Assembly: GCA_050084985.1 (NCBI GenBank)
Contig: JBITNC010000001.1
Location: 65,286,001 to 65,350,000, forward strand
From: Nageia nagi
Taxonomy: Eukaryota; Plantae; Pinophyta
Reading direction: 5' to 3'
DNA length: 64,000 bases
Below the pieces are notes generated by a model. That model saw only the letters and a program-made list of their open reading frames with translations. It was not told the origin of the DNA and did no database searches. Position numbers and translations under genes: made by a program. Position 1 is the first letter of the stretch. Each line of letters opens with the position of its first letter. This document shows positions 50,337 through 64,000 of this stretch, one piece after another.

Positions 50337-53300
50337 TGAAACGATACGAGAATGCGTCACCCTTGGGGTGTGGTGACCGATAGTACCATCAGGCGCTAGC
50401 ATAGACAACATGGTTCTCAAGCCAAGGTACGTCCTCTTACAGCACGACCTGCATGTCTAGCCGGTTTCGCCTATCCGTCAATTCCGAAGTTGCATACTAC
50501 CCGAGGCCTCGTGCCTCTAGGGTTGATCCGGCCCCTTGGAGCACCGAATTGTCATAGTTACCAGAGTGCCTGGTGCTGACCATCCAACCTACGACCTTCA
50601 TGTGGGTATCACCCCTAAGGTCCCCCCCGAGCATTATTCACCCATCCGTACCGCCCAATTCAACCATAGGAACGGACTCACAACCTTGTCCGCCATGGTT
50701 CCTAAAGCACGATAGCCCGAGTTCGGAATGGATCCCCGTGTGCTAGAGGTTGTGCTCTATGCACACTCACCACCCCGGGAGAGGCGGCCCTCTCACAGTC
50801 TCCCCCACTTAGAATAGTTGACATCCTCATCAACAACACACTCTAAGAGGGGTACAAGTACATCACTCCTTCTCGGCTTTTCAACCTTGAAGGTTGTGTC
50901 CATCATTGCCTCGTCGACGAATCTATGTTGAACACAAGGGTAACATAACCAAGAGGTGCCAAGTCTGAATGTTTGATGTCTTACACATTCCCCATTTAGA
51001 ATGTGGTTCATATCTTCACCATCAACTCATGGTGCCATTGCCTAGAATGAATGCCTTTTCTTGACTCCGTCGCCATGGACAACTTACATCGGCATTGTCC
51101 GTATAGCAACACCCAATTCACCATACAACATGCTCAACCATCCAAAACCACATATAATAGCCTAGCCATAGGTTCTCGTAGGATTCAACCTAGCATACCT
51201 AGCTAGTAACTGTCCGACTTGAACCTCTTCGACTGGCGGCACTTGAAGGAACGCCTAACCATCATATAGAGTAATCTCCAAGATGGCCCAGTCTATCCAC
51301 AAACTGACACATTGAAGGATCCATTTATGAATTTTACTCCTAAGGATCCATTCATCATCTCAAGGATTTGAGTTGGAGTAGTCTTTTCTACACCCAACAT
51401 TTCTACTCGTCTTCCCCAAAGCCTCAACATCGAACTCATACTTATAGTTCATTTTATTAGTGTAGGTTGGTTCAATTTATGTGAGGGTACATTTTATATT
51501 TGTTATCTACATGCCCCATCCCATGTAGTTCATGAATGTTCATTAGTTTCACTCCACCATATTCATCCTGAATCACATAGCCAAGGACTCCTGAATCTGA
51601 ACTAAACATTCTCAAACCCATCTCCAAAACTCTCACCACAACCATATACTTTGAATTGGTGCATCCACATCTGCTAAACTCCCCAAAGGAGAAATATTGC
51701 ACAACTACTCTCACTCCATTATACTGGTTCTAAGCCAACCTGGAGGAGACATGCTCATACCAAAATGCCCTCAACTCTTCAATCTATCAAACCATCAAAG
51801 GTAGGGATTCCAACTTTCAAAACTCCACTTATACACTTTTAAGTCGTTCCATCCAAGGAATACTAGAAAACTTGGAACCCAATTATTGTCACCATTTGGT
51901 GGGAAACTCAATGCTTCCCTTTTTCGGCACACCCGCTTTGCACTATCACAACTTCCTCTTAAGAAAACTCTCATCCACTGAGATGTAATTTCACTGATAT
52001 TTGACTCCTTTTTCGAAATGGAACCAACAAGTTTGACCTCAAGAGTGAACCATTCACCCTGTCGTAAGTCTTTCCATGGGCAAACCAACTAGCATAACCA
52101 TCTAACCTTTGAAAAGATCTCCCCACGAGGGGTTAACTAGTTTCAAGCCTCGGTTTCTCTTTTCCCACATAGCAAGTTTTGTCAAAACCAACGATGTGCC
52201 CAAAATCCATATGGTGCGCACACCTCGAAAATCATCACCTTCCACACATGGGCATTCTGAGAAGATTTCCCAGTCATATGCAATCTATTGGACATGCCTT
52301 AGCTAAAAATACACGGAGCTCGTAGGTTAACACCCAATCACTTCATGACCAAGTCTTGAACAACACGTCCAAGAAGATACCCATACTGGTCCATGCCTTT
52401 ACCCTTGGCAATGTGCAACCACTGGCTCCTTTTAAGACCCCTCTTCCACGAAGGTCTAACCATAGCATTGGCCTGCATCATATTTGCAAGAACAAGCTCG
52501 ATTTTCCACACCATCATGACAAACCGCAATCCAAACTCCCCGTATAGCCACACAATCCGTTCTATCTGACCGATTGATAACACGCTTAGCCGAACTCCCA
52601 AAACTTTGGCATTAAGAGTCGACTTGAGGGATGAGAGTTCTTATAGTGTTTCTCTCACCCTTGCTGAAAGCCTTATTCGAATCCAATATTTTATCCAAAC
52701 ACACAAACCGATCCGACATCTTGGGTAAGCTTTATTGTGTTCACTCATACTTTATGTATGAATTGTCCATAATTCACAACCGACTGTATCCAATCCACAT
52801 TTCCATCTGTTAGGACCTCAATGACATTTCAAGGATTGGGTCCAAAGAATCCAGGCACACACCAAACTGAACTGTTCTATGAAAGCCCCCTTTTTCACTA
52901 TTCACAAGCTTTTGTGCAAGAAGTTCGCTTTAAGGAGCATGCAAAATGCACCTCGCAATTGTCCTCAAATGGGTAAAAATCTCAATGTCTAGCGAGCCAT
53001 ACTCAACTCCAAGCCACTTTAGTCTTTCACACGCTATTTCCAACCTCTAAGTTCATCCACCCGATTTTTCCACTAAAAGTGGTGCAGGTGACGGGACGGC
53101 CCAGGTGGTCACCCATCCCTGATTGCTCCACCATGCACCTGCTTAACCAAATCCAAACTGGCAGAAAACGGCCCCAAAAGCACATCCTCTAAGCCAACGG
53201 CCACCACAATCACTCATCTAGAGGTCTTTCCCCCGTAAATCTCTTATGCCACTTAGTCTCATGGTAAGGTGCTTGGTCGAAGACACATATAGCACCCTTG

Positions 53301-54488
53301 CACCTCGCTGTGTACACCACAGCACGAGTGATCGCTAGTTGCACCTTTGCATACACTGCTAACCGATCGAACACACACATTCCACATATTACATATGGGA
53401 CCTTTGTAACATGAAGTTTTTCCAAACACTGCTCATTAGGCATGGCACCATTGGTGCTTTATTTAACCGCAATTTTTCTTGGGACAAGCCTCCTTCCACG
53501 TCTCATGCCTACGATCCAAGCTCAAGATCCATGGCAAATAGTGCATGGTCAACTTATGCACATTATCCAAACTGTCTCATACCGAGAGTTGTTCCACATC
53601 TTTGGGCTCGTTCCTTCTAGAATTCAAGTTTGCACAACACACGCACACGACACATGACAAGGCCTGGCAAACACCCCATGTTTTGCCTTTAGCATTCCAA
53701 CATTTTTATACCGTCGACATGGCATATGGGATCCCACTCCTTTCAGTAGGAGCATATAAGTGCTGCCTTCTTCGGCGTATCGGCATGATAGTAAAGAGTA
53801 CTGCCTTCTTCGACGCATCGGCACAGTAGTAAGGTGCTACCTTCTTCGGTGCATCTGCACCATGGTAAGGTGCTGCCGGTACCAATGAAACAACACCCTT
53901 GCACGTACAACAATTAAGCACCAGTGCATACTCACCCATTTTCCAATCAAGATTCGGGTGAGCAACCAATCCTCCGATGCATCGTGTTTCACATGGATCG
54001 AATCCACACGACACATGGCACCCTCCTTACCTTAACCCCTAAGGCTCTGATACCACATGCCCCTAGGGGCGTGGCGACCGAAAGTACCGTTAGGCACCAA
54101 CATAGACAACACGGTTCTCAAGCCAAGGTACGTCCCCTTACGGCACGACCTGCACGTCTAGTCGGCTTTGCCTGTCCGTCAATTCCGAAGTTGCATACTA
54201 CCCGAGGCCTCGTGCCTCTAGGGTTGATCCGGCCCCTTGGAGCACCGGATTGTCATAGTTACCAGTCACCACCCAACCTGCGTCCTTCATGTGGATATCA
54301 CCCCTAAGGTCCCCCGAGCATTATTCACCCATCCGTACCGCCCAGTCCAACCATAGGAACGGACTCACAACCTTGTCCGCCATAATTCCTAAAACACGGT
54401 AGCCCAAGTCCGGAATGGATCCCCGTGTGCTAGAGGTTGCACTGCGCTCTACGCACACTCACCACCCGGGGAGGGCGGCCCTCTCACA
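50337..54488 (-). mobile_element. Non-autonomous Gypsy-like LTR retrotransposon inserted in RLP-2
   Basis: LTRs 50337-50797 and ~54058-54488; 5-bp TSD ACAAC (50332-50336, 54489-54493); PBS TGGTATCAGAGCC at 54043-54055 (minus); PPT GGGGGAGAC at 50798-50806; only decayed gag-like interior seen. Confidence 0.9.
53755..53880. repeat. ~36-bp tandem repeat x3.5 in the Gypsy-like interior
   Basis: GTAAGGTGCTGCCTTCTTCGGCGCATCGGCAC-type units. Confidence 0.8.
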
Positions 54489-56741
54489 ACAACCATGATA
54501 AAGACGCTGGAGTTGATCGGGTATTCTTCCCTGTAATCTATTGTTGGACAAATCCAGAACTTGTAGGTGGGTGAGGTTGGTAATCCATGAAGGAATACTG
54601 CCTTGAATCATATTAATGCCTAAACTTAAAACTCTCATCTCCTTAAAATTTGCCAAGTAAGGAGAAAGCTCACCAGTCAATCTATTCCTACTCAGATCCA
54701 GAAGGCGGATCTGCGTACAGTTGGCGAGGGATGGAGGCAGAGTCCCAGACAAATGATTACAGTGTGCAGAAAGAACCTCCAGAGAAGAGGAAAATATTAT
54801 ATCTCTGAGACCTCCATTGAATGAATTGTTGGACAGCTACAGCTTCTTTAGAGATGTGAAGTTGCTCAGTGAAGCTGGAATTCTGCCTGATAGAAGATTA
54901 TCTGTCAGTAACAAATCTTTCATGGACTTACAGTTGCCTAGCGATTCTGGAATCTTTCCGTCGAGCATGTTTTGGGACAAAACTAATTGTTGCAGGGCAG
55001 TACATTTACCAATATCCTCAGGAATGGTTCCTCTGAGCTTGTTACCTGAGATGTCCAAATGCTGCAACGAGGCCAGACCGCCTATGGTTTGAGGAATATT
55101 TCCAGAGATATTATTGCTGAAGAGCAGAAGCTGAGTAAGATTTTTGAGTTTACCGATACTGTTTGGTATTGGCCCACTGAATCTGTTCGAATGCAAAGCC
55201 AAGTTCTGCATATTATGGAGATTAGCTATGTCCTGAGGAATCGTACTCTCATATTGTTAGTATCAAGATAAAGTTTTTCAATCTAGGTCAAGTTAGCTAT
55301 AATTTCGGGTATGGTACCCGTCAGCCTATTTGTTCCAAAATTCAAAAAGGTAAGCTCTGTCATCTTTCCAATATCCTTAGGAATGGTTCCACTGAATTTG
55401 TTTGCTCCACGATCTAGGTGGCTAAGCTTGGTCAAATTCATGAAGATCGCAATTGAGAGTGTCTCTTCAAAACTATTAAAGCTTATAGAAATTGTTGAAA
55501 TGGGAAGGGTAGAGATACTGGTAGGAAGCGGCCCTTTAAGTCTATTATTTGTTAAGTCCAGCCATTCACGATTGCTACAATTACCTAGTTCAGCAGGAAC
55601 AGTTCCTGTAAGATTCCCCGGACCAAAGAGGGATAATTCACAAAGCTGTTTCAAATTTCCTAATTCCGGAGAAATTTTGCCATGCAATAAATTATCTCCG
55701 ATAAATATTTCTTGGAGGGAAGAACAGTTACCGATTTCTGAAGGGATTTGGCTTTCTAACCTGTTGTATTCTAGACCAAGAAGCTCTAGTTTGTCAAGCC
55801 TACCAAACTCAGACGGAATGCTTCCTGTTAAGCTTTTGTGACCAAGAGCTATGGAATTCAACTGAGAACAATTACCAAATTCTGGTGGGATGTTCCCAAT
55901 CAAATAATTGCTGGCCAGACTCAGTCTTACCAGAGAAGTGAAGTTGCTCAGAGAAGTGGGAATACTTCCAAACAGATCATTGTAAGACAAGACGAGGTGC
56001 TCTAAGTCGTGAAGCCGACCGAATTCTGGCGGTATGATCCCACTCAAGTTGTTGACTGAAAGTCTAACCAACTGAAGACTTTTACAATTACCCAGAGATT
56101 TTGGTATATAACCCGTAAGTGAGTTAGATCTGAGGTCGAGCGTCCTCAATGATTTCCGGTGAAATGATTAAGGGAGAGATTCAAAGTGCGCAGTAAGGAA
56201 AGATCTCCCAAGGAAGGAGAAATGGTACCTTGCAATTGGAGATCGGGGAGGATGATGGCAACCACTCTTTGAATATGTTTTCTGCACCATACACCGTTCC
56301 ACGACCACACCTCCTCCGAATTTCTTGCCGTCCAAGTGGGGAGCGATTGCAGTGGATCGGACTTTACAGAGTTTAGGAAGGACAGGAGAGCTTCAATATC
56401 CCTCCTATCCCCAGAACTGTCTTCTTCAAGTAGCATACGCTCATTTGGGATGGAAAAACTCCTTTCAACGCAATGCCCATGCAAAAAGCTTAGTCAATCT
56501 TGACTAAATCTAAGTTGTTAGGATAAGAGTCTTTTATGGCTAGTCATCACTTAGGATCTATTCCTAAGATTTTATTTTAGGTTGATAGTTAGTTAGCTTG
56601 AGGATTTATCTCAAGATTGTCTATTTTTAGTAATTCGAAATCTCTATAAGAGCATGTAATATTTTCTTAATCAACATAATCATGTAATAATTGATTCTCA
56701 TTACCTTCCCATTCATCATCCCATAAGTTTATGGTTCGATC

Positions 56742-57524
56742 ATATCCAATTCGTCAGAAAATATTTACTTCAATCATCGATCTAACCCACACCAGTCCTT
56801 TCCAAAAAGAGGATCCATTCATGGTCAAGCCACTTTTTAAGCAATTTAGTTCCCTAGTAGGTACTTATCTTTGTAGATGCAAGTCCATTATTTTTCATTT
56901 ATCATTGTTGACTTGCCATGCCAATTTTCCACATAGAGCCATATTAAAGTCCTAAGGCTTCTTATCCCAAGCATGCCTTCCTTCCTTGGCCTACAAACCT
57001 TGTCCCAATTGAATAATGCCATTCTCCTTTTCTTCTTTGTATTAAACCAAAGAAAATTATTACAAATTTGATCTATTTTATCACACAAGCTAATTGGGAG
57101 CTCAAACAATGATGCATAGTAGACCAGTATACTTTGGACGATAGTATTGACTAGGAGGCACTTCTCAGCTATACTCAATGTTGCTCCTTTCCATCCTACT
57201 AGTTCTCTTTAGAAATAATCCAAGAGGGTGTTTCAAAGGGAGGATTTGTACATTCTAATGAACATTGATATGCATAGATAGATTTTGGGTAGTTCTTCGA
57301 TCTTACATTGAAAGATTTATGCTATCTTTTGATGTCTTCTAATAGGAGTGTGTGTAAAGAATAGTTTTCTTTTCTCAAAGTTTACCTTTTGTTACAAAGC
57401 TTTCAAGATTTGGAGTAAGTTCATAACTTCATCTACCAAAGCTTTTCCCATGATAATTGTATCATCCATTAATTGACCATGCATCATTGTAGTTGGCTTT
57501 GATGATGGATTTAATTCTTTTATA
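56742..57524 (-). mobile_element. L1 LINE ORF2 C-terminal part
   Basis: LLVNTIVQSILVYYASLFELP..IDQICNNFLW...NWDKVCRPRKEGMLGIRSL and SSFWKGL; interrupted by a Copia LTR at 57525. Confidence 0.88.
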
Positions 57525-58732
57525 TATTGGAATGTATAATGCAATATTATAAGGTTTTGCAATATTCTTCTTTACAAATTCATCGATATTTAAAGTTACC
57601 CCTACATATCTTAAATATTTAAGTGAATATGATAATGTAACTTGTCCTATACTCCTTATGAGCATGCCTTTTGGGTAAAAGGGTGAAACATGTCATGTCT
57701 TTGCACAACAGTTAAAAGAGTGATCCTAGGGAAGATTTTGGCCTATAAATAGAAGGCCCTCTCCTTGTGATCACTCACAAAAATTTGAAGCAAAGATATG
57801 CTCTAAGATTAGTGTTAGGAGAAGAAGAAAGAGGTCTTATAAGAGAATTATGTTTGTGAATAAGAAAGATCTTAGTTAATGGATGGATAGTATTGTATGA
57901 GAGGAACTACTTATATGTGCATCAAATTTGTGAGATTGACTATTATGTTTATGCTTTAAGTATTGATGTTTAAGGGAGATTTCAAGTGATCTTAGTAGAT
58001 TAATATTTTAGTCTTTTATGATTAAAACCTTTATTTGGTATCAGAGCCATCTTGGAGGCATACCTTGGACGTCATTTCTAGTCTTTCTTCCATATTTAAA
58101 GGCTCATTTACATCTTTGTTCAGGTAAAAGATTTAAAGGTATATTTTTTTCTTCCTTAAGATTAGTTTTACCTAATGAGTTACTAACATTGTTATGTGTT
58201 AGTTGTAATTTTTTTTAAAAATAATTCCTACATATTATTGCTATGCAATTTTTTTTACTAACACTATTTTGTTAGTTTCAATTTATTAAAAAAAAAAATT
58301 GCTTAATATATAACAATAATGTTGTCAATTTAATTTGCAATTTTTTAATCACTTACGGAATTTTTGGAAATTTTTTATTACAAGTTTAATAAAATTTATA
58401 AAAATTTTAAGAAAAATTGCAATTGATTTGTCACATTATTATTGCATGTTATTTTAGGAATATTTTTTTGAGAGGGGCTTTATACATTATAATTTATTTT
58501 ATTTACATTAAAAAGGGAGGAGGAAGTGAAAAACCTCAATCTATATGTATAATACAAGTAAGAGGAATTAGTTGCATAAAAAGAACTGCAATTTTTTTAT
58601 TTCCATTCTAAAGGGGGGCCTTTTTTGTTTCATCTTCATAATGTACTTTTAAAATATATATATTACATATTATAAAAAAAGGGAAATCTTTTATTTTAAA
58701 AAATATTAGAAAAATACCCTCAACAATTTTTG
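57525..58732 (+). mobile_element. Copia family A copy 4: 5' LTR (57525-58033), PBS (58036-58048), start of leader
   Basis: LTR homologous to 10772-11270; canonical TGGTATCAGAGCC; donors CAG|GTAAAA (58123/4) and AG|GTATAT (58138/9). Confidence 0.88.
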
Positions 58733-60538
58733 GGGGATACCTATTCAAGGTGTAAATTGCGGTACTTACAGCTTCACCCCAAAGAAACTAGGAAGATTTT
58801 CCAACATACATCTAGACATCTTTATGGTTATCACATTTTCCTTTTGATAACATTATTTTCTGAGAGGTGTAAGGAATCATAAACAACCTTTTGATCTTGT
58901 ACTTGGCATGAGATCATTAAACTCATTGTTGTTATCTTCACCCACATTATCTAATCTCAACATCTTGATTTTCAACTAAGGCTTTGAAATCTTTGAACCT
59001 ATCAAAGGTTTGATACTTATGCTTAATCAGATAACTAAATGTCATCTTACCTACTTCATCGATGAAGGTCAAGACATAAGTTCTCCTCCAAGCAACTTAG
59101 TCTAAATAGAATTATCAAATCTAAATGCACAAGCTGAAGAGGTTGGGTTTCCCTTATTACATTATCTTTTTCAAACCTTTATCTATTTATATTACCTAGG
59201 ATGCACTTCTCACATAACCAATTATGGATGAAATCAAAGGCAAACCTTTCACAAGTTCTTTGTCTTTCATGACTTGAATATTTTTAGGTTATTTATGGTT
59301 AAGGCGAACTAAATGTTGGTGCCAAATATTTCTCTAGAGAAAACATTTGTTGTAATACATATCTTTGTTGGAATTTGATCTAAATGTAGAGATTATTTTT
59401 CACTAATCCTTTCACCATAGTGGCAAGTCCCTTCTTAATGCATTAGGAGTGTGAGTTGAATTCAAATGAGTATTCTTTCCTTAAATTTGAATTATGGAAA
59501 GAAGGTTCATATGGAGCTTAGGCACATAGAGCATATTTTTAAGAACATTTTTGTGAATCAACACACTCCCAATCCCTTGGACTTATGGATTGAATTTTCA
59601 CTTATCACAACTGCATCCTTTCTATACTTATAAAAATTTTCAAACTTATCCCTTTCGAAGCATAAATGATTAGTGCATTTAGAATCAGTAATCCAATTAG
59701 TTGAGAATGTGTGATTCATGGAGTAAAGAATATAAATAAAACCATTTTTAATTTTCTTCTTCCCTTTGAAGTTCTTCGCATTTCCATTTTCCTTATTCTT
59801 TTCTTCTCTTTTTTTTTTTGTAGCAGTCAAATTCTTTTGACATAGCCACCACAAAAGTTATAATTTTCATTGAATTTTACCTTAGGATTTGGTTTGGTTT
59901 GTCTTACCCTTTCCATATCTCTGTTTGTATTTGTTATTTCCCTTCTTCTCAAACTTCTCGGAGGTAGCAGAAAAATATTTTTTTTGATGCTTGAACTTCT
60001 TCTTGAAAAGAGTTTTAGTTGCTCCTAGAGTAACATTATTGTACTTTTGAGAAGAGATCAACATCTTTTTGTTAAGAGTTTTCTCATGCTTCAAAAGGAT
60101 CTTTGAAATTATGGTTCTCAAGACTAAGAGAGAATACTTCTTCGTCATCATCAAGCCTAGTCTCAATAACTATCACAAAGTTACTAAACTTTGAAGAAAA
60201 GCTTTATAGAATGATGAAGACCATGAACTCATTATTGATCCAATTGTAGCCAAAACCAACAAGTTGGGTCCTAAGGTTAATGATCTTGTTTAAATAGATG
60301 GAAACATGTTCATCTTCCTCTTGATGAGATTAAAGCAAACTTTGGAGAATGGTGAACCTTCTTCAAAATTTGGTCTTTAGTTAAGTTTTCTTAAGCCTAT
60401 CCCAAGTTTCCTTTGCAAAGGTTGATGAAGACATCATAAGCAACACTTTGTCTAACACTTCACAAAAAATCATAGAGGTTTTCAATTCATTCTTTGTGTT
60501 GTAAGCCTCAAGTGCCTTCTCATATATAGTAGTAACAA
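58733..60538 (-). pseudogene. Copia family A gag-PR-INT segment inverted relative to the adjacent LTR
   Basis: Minus strand runs from EKALEAYNTKNEL through LLKHEKTLNKKML and WITDSKCTNHLCF to CMLENLPSF..EAVSTAIYTLNR; homologous to 7918-9750. Confidence 0.9.
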
Positions 60539-60539
60539 T

Positions 60540-63500
60540 TAGAAAGTATTTGGGAATGATTCTTTTACTTTAATTAGCTGTAACATGCAAAAGAAAGAAC
60601 ATAAAATATGACTATCATTGGTGATAATTATTTTGACATGTTTGATGTATTAGACACAAGGATACAAAAGGTGTAGTATTTTCTCAATCAAATCCTTGTA
60701 TAAATTGAATCATATGGTAAGGAGGAGCAAAGTGAGGAGAATGAACATCTCATGGGTCCTTAATTCGATAGTTGCAGTTACATGTATAAGATATTTTGGG
60801 TGGAAATTTGAAACTTTTTGTAAGACTTGAATCATGAGGATGAGTTAAGTTCTCGTGGATTAAAGTCCAAAGTCAATAATTATGGCTATATTTTATCCAA
60901 GTTATAGTCAATGCTTTAGCAATATTAGGCTATCAGAGGAATATTAGGATAATTATGGTTGGCCCTTCACTTGTTTAAAGAGCATTATGGTTGTTAGACT
61001 AGTGTCATACTTTGTTATTAGAACTTGTCCCTTTTGTTGTTTCAAAGACCATTTTAGGATTGTGATAGTTACTTTTCATTAAATATTAATTATTAAATTA
61101 GGGTAATAATTATTAGACTCTTATGCTATAACCACCCCTCATGGGGTCATTTTTTATTCAAAATGGAATAGAGAGAAACCTTCCCAAGAAAACTTGGCCT
61201 TTTGTGTTTAATCTTGAGTTGTGGATTGTAGACTGATGTGGTGATGTATTTCATTTATTATGGAGTTGTGGAATATTTTATATGGTATATTTTATAGCCA
61301 TTTATTCACTTGAGTGCATTTCCTTTGATTACTTCAAGTTTTAGGGAAAGTTGAAGGATTATCTTTCAAAGTGGATGGGTGACTATTAATTCCATAGCTT
61401 GCACATTAAGTATTGTATTTTGAGAAATATCCATCTTATATGTTATTTATGTAGAATCTTGCATGCAAAAAGGTGATAAGTGAATGAATATTGAATGAAT
61501 CATGTGTTGTCCTCCACCAAAGCTCTACTCCCTTCTCATTTAAAGTTCTACTTCAAGTATTCTTGTTGTATATCTCTTTATTTGATAATTTCATGAAGGT
61601 TCCCACCAAAATCAGATCTTAGATCTTGCAGACCTTACAATACTAGTGAATTATCATTATTCATATTGAATCCCTTGATTTCTTTCATTATAGCCTTTTT
61701 TGTTATTTTTATTTCCTTTTTTTAATAAAGCCTAGAAACTTTCCATTAACGTAAGCCTTGAAGAGGCCAATTAAAAATTTGTGAGTTAATATCCTTGTCA
61801 CTTAGTTTATTGATATGATCAACCTACTATATAATATTTTCCAGAGGCATGATGAATCTCAAAAAATTACATTCTAAGATATTATGAATCCAAGTAGCCC
61901 TATTGGGTAGTCAGTCCCTTAGAGTGGAGATAGGTAATACTATCAAATAACTTATGTTAGTGAAGAGTCTTTCTCTTGCTAACCTACCTTTGTTGTGACC
62001 CTACAATGTTAAGAAAGAAATCAACACCAATATTAAGCATCTTATTTGATGTGTGTATTATATATAATGAACAATTTACTTCAATTTAGATTTTTCATAA
62101 TTGAATTCTATGACCAAAGTTTATTTTAAACTTTTCAAATACGATATATACTTATTTTAATGGTCCAATTGATTTTTCCTTATTTAAAATTATATTAATA
62201 ATCATTTTAGAGAAAAAATTATAAATAATTTATAGTATCATGCATTAGTAATGATCTCATTTTTCTTTTATTATCTAAAAATATAAGCTCTTTAATCTTA
62301 GCTACTTTTTTAAGACTATCTCAATGTCACTATTGGATATATATCCTAAGATTACTTGGGTAGGTTATCTTAGGATTAAGATTCCCTATTATTATAACCT
62401 TGATATAACCCCCTTCACTTCCTTATGAAAATTATCGCCACTAAAACCACTACCTAAAGCTAACCACAATAATAATCTCCCTCTTCTCTTTTATAGACAC
62501 TTTTTTTTACCTTGCTTACTTGAGTCTCCCTTAGTATGAATGTTCTAGGATCTAGTTGTCTCCCAAGCTTCCACACCACCTTTAAATGTTTTCTTTTCTC
62601 CATGTTTTTCTTTTCTTTGTTTACATTGTCACCTACTTGCCCCCTTCTTATCCTTAGACCTTATCTCCATTAGATCTTACCTACTTAGTGTCTCTTCACA
62701 CCCTCATATATATATGATCAAGCCCCCTCATATACCAACTTATTCTTTTCCTTCATCATAAGCACACCTTTAACATCTACTTTATTCTTTCATAAGTTCC
62801 CCTAGCCTAGTCAGTTTCCTCTCCTCAATAGTAGTTCGCAACCATCTTTTGTCCATATACACTAGATATAGTTTCAACCCCTCATATACATGTTATAGCA
62901 TTTCACCATATCAACCTTCGTATGTTCCTTTATAACCATTATATTACCCCTTATTATAGTCTCAATCCCAACCACAACTACAACCTAGATATATCTTCTA
63001 GTAACCCCCATCATCTTATCCTTCCCTTCCTCTATTTCATCCATTTTCTATTCATCCATTGTCATATGAATTATCTTACCATCTCCTAAGTCTTCCCCCT
63101 TTTATTTTATTCCTTATTATATATATCCTCCACCATACCAACCACCTTGTTATTCCTCTCATTATCCTTTGTCCTATTGATTCCTCATTAGTATTTGCAG
63201 GCACCAACCTTTTATCCCCATACATCTTCATATGTAGTTATATCACTAAACTTAATTCCACCTACCTTCATATATTCATAGACCTTGCATAGTTTACAAG
63301 TTTAGAATTATAGTTTTTGGGTACAAAAAACTCAACTATAAACAAATTTGTAAATAACCAATTTATCTTTTCATCACATTCTATGATTACCCACATAGGT
63401 TCAAGGTCTCCAACTTTGGATAATTCAAAGGTAAAGAAGATCTATAAGAAAACCTTATAAGATTCAAGAGTCTATATTATTTGATTAGTTATAGTGACCC

Positions 63501-64000
63501 TCTCATGTTGCAAATATTTCCCATGTCTTGAGGAGGTTAATAACATAATTGTTTCAATAACCAACCACATCATAATCTCTACTATTTTAAATAATTATCT
63601 AATCTCTTCTTGATTGCTATTTGATTAACATTAAGAGGATTACCTCCCTACCAAACTTGTATAACCTCAAATAGTATGGTGATGATTGTGTGAGTACATA
63701 TCAAGATGGTGTGTGATGATCAACAATCTCATCTTTTTTATTCCATTATTCATAAATTAGTAAAAATAGTTTCTAGAAGTTGTAGTAAGCATATATCCTC
63801 TACATTTCAAATTCAATGAAACCATTTGTTTGAGAAATCTCTAGCTTAGGATAATCTTATAAATAGGTTAGAGTAAATGAAGGTAACCTTAATTTAAAAA
63901 AGAAGATAGAATAGCTTAGCAAATACAAGGGTAATGTTACTAATGGGAACTAGTTAAAGTTTCCATAGGTAGATGAGATCACCCTTGATATAGTTACACC
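60540..64000 (-). mobile_element. Highly decayed upstream part of an L1 LINE (endonuclease and ORF1 remnants), possibly with other TE debris
   Basis: Weak minus-strand motifs (KKFQ/FKF.., LG.F..I...K..GG, IIQSWRP of DUF4283-like ORF1) and a purine-rich ORF1-like tract at 62400-63300; same strand as 56742-57524. Confidence 0.4.

Larger units (their letters stand above)
49767..56490 (-). pseudogene. LRR receptor-like protein RLP-2: signal peptide lost, several in-frame stops, Gypsy insertion, tail truncated
   Basis: ORFs 56146-56484, 55283-56149, 54837-55211, 54459-54752 and 50064-50273 are paralogous to RLP-1, with more LRRs. TAG stops at 55283, 54837, ~50320 and 50064. Confidence 0.93.

Noticed and set aside
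56516-56741. Possible solo LTR (TGTTAGG...ATCA) at the RLP-2 5' breakpoint
   Set aside because: No TSD and no second copy in the window.

Overview
AT-rich plant nuclear DNA, dominated by transposons, with two 100-N assembly gaps (4430-4529, 32451-32550). The RLP sequence style suggests a gymnosperm, but that is inference. The only host genes are a minus-strand tandem array of three LRR receptor-like protein (RLP) paralogues. RLP-1 (19369-21670) is disrupted only by small indels. RLP-3 survives as relics (32400-32450, 34940-35040). RLP-2 (49767-56490) carries stop codons and TE insertions. Around them lie four pieces of one Ty1/Copia family ('family A'), a duplicated second Copia, a Gypsy-like element with LTRs and TSD, two L1 LINEs, hAT and CACTA relics, a possible endogenous caulimovirid fragment, and 4-8 kb segmental duplications. 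The most unusual observation is the ~3.1 kb leader of Copia family A. It is bounded by conserved splice donor/acceptor motifs. It contains a variable GC-rich slot holding different host-gene fragments in each copy, mostly antisense: PPR in one copy; ubiquitin, CYP74/AOS and possibly TPR in the other. It ends in a ~550-nt conserved RNA structure with covarying stems just upstream of gag. Two further family-A pieces have their interior inverted relative to the LTR. All calls come from reading the sequence by eye; no searches were run.
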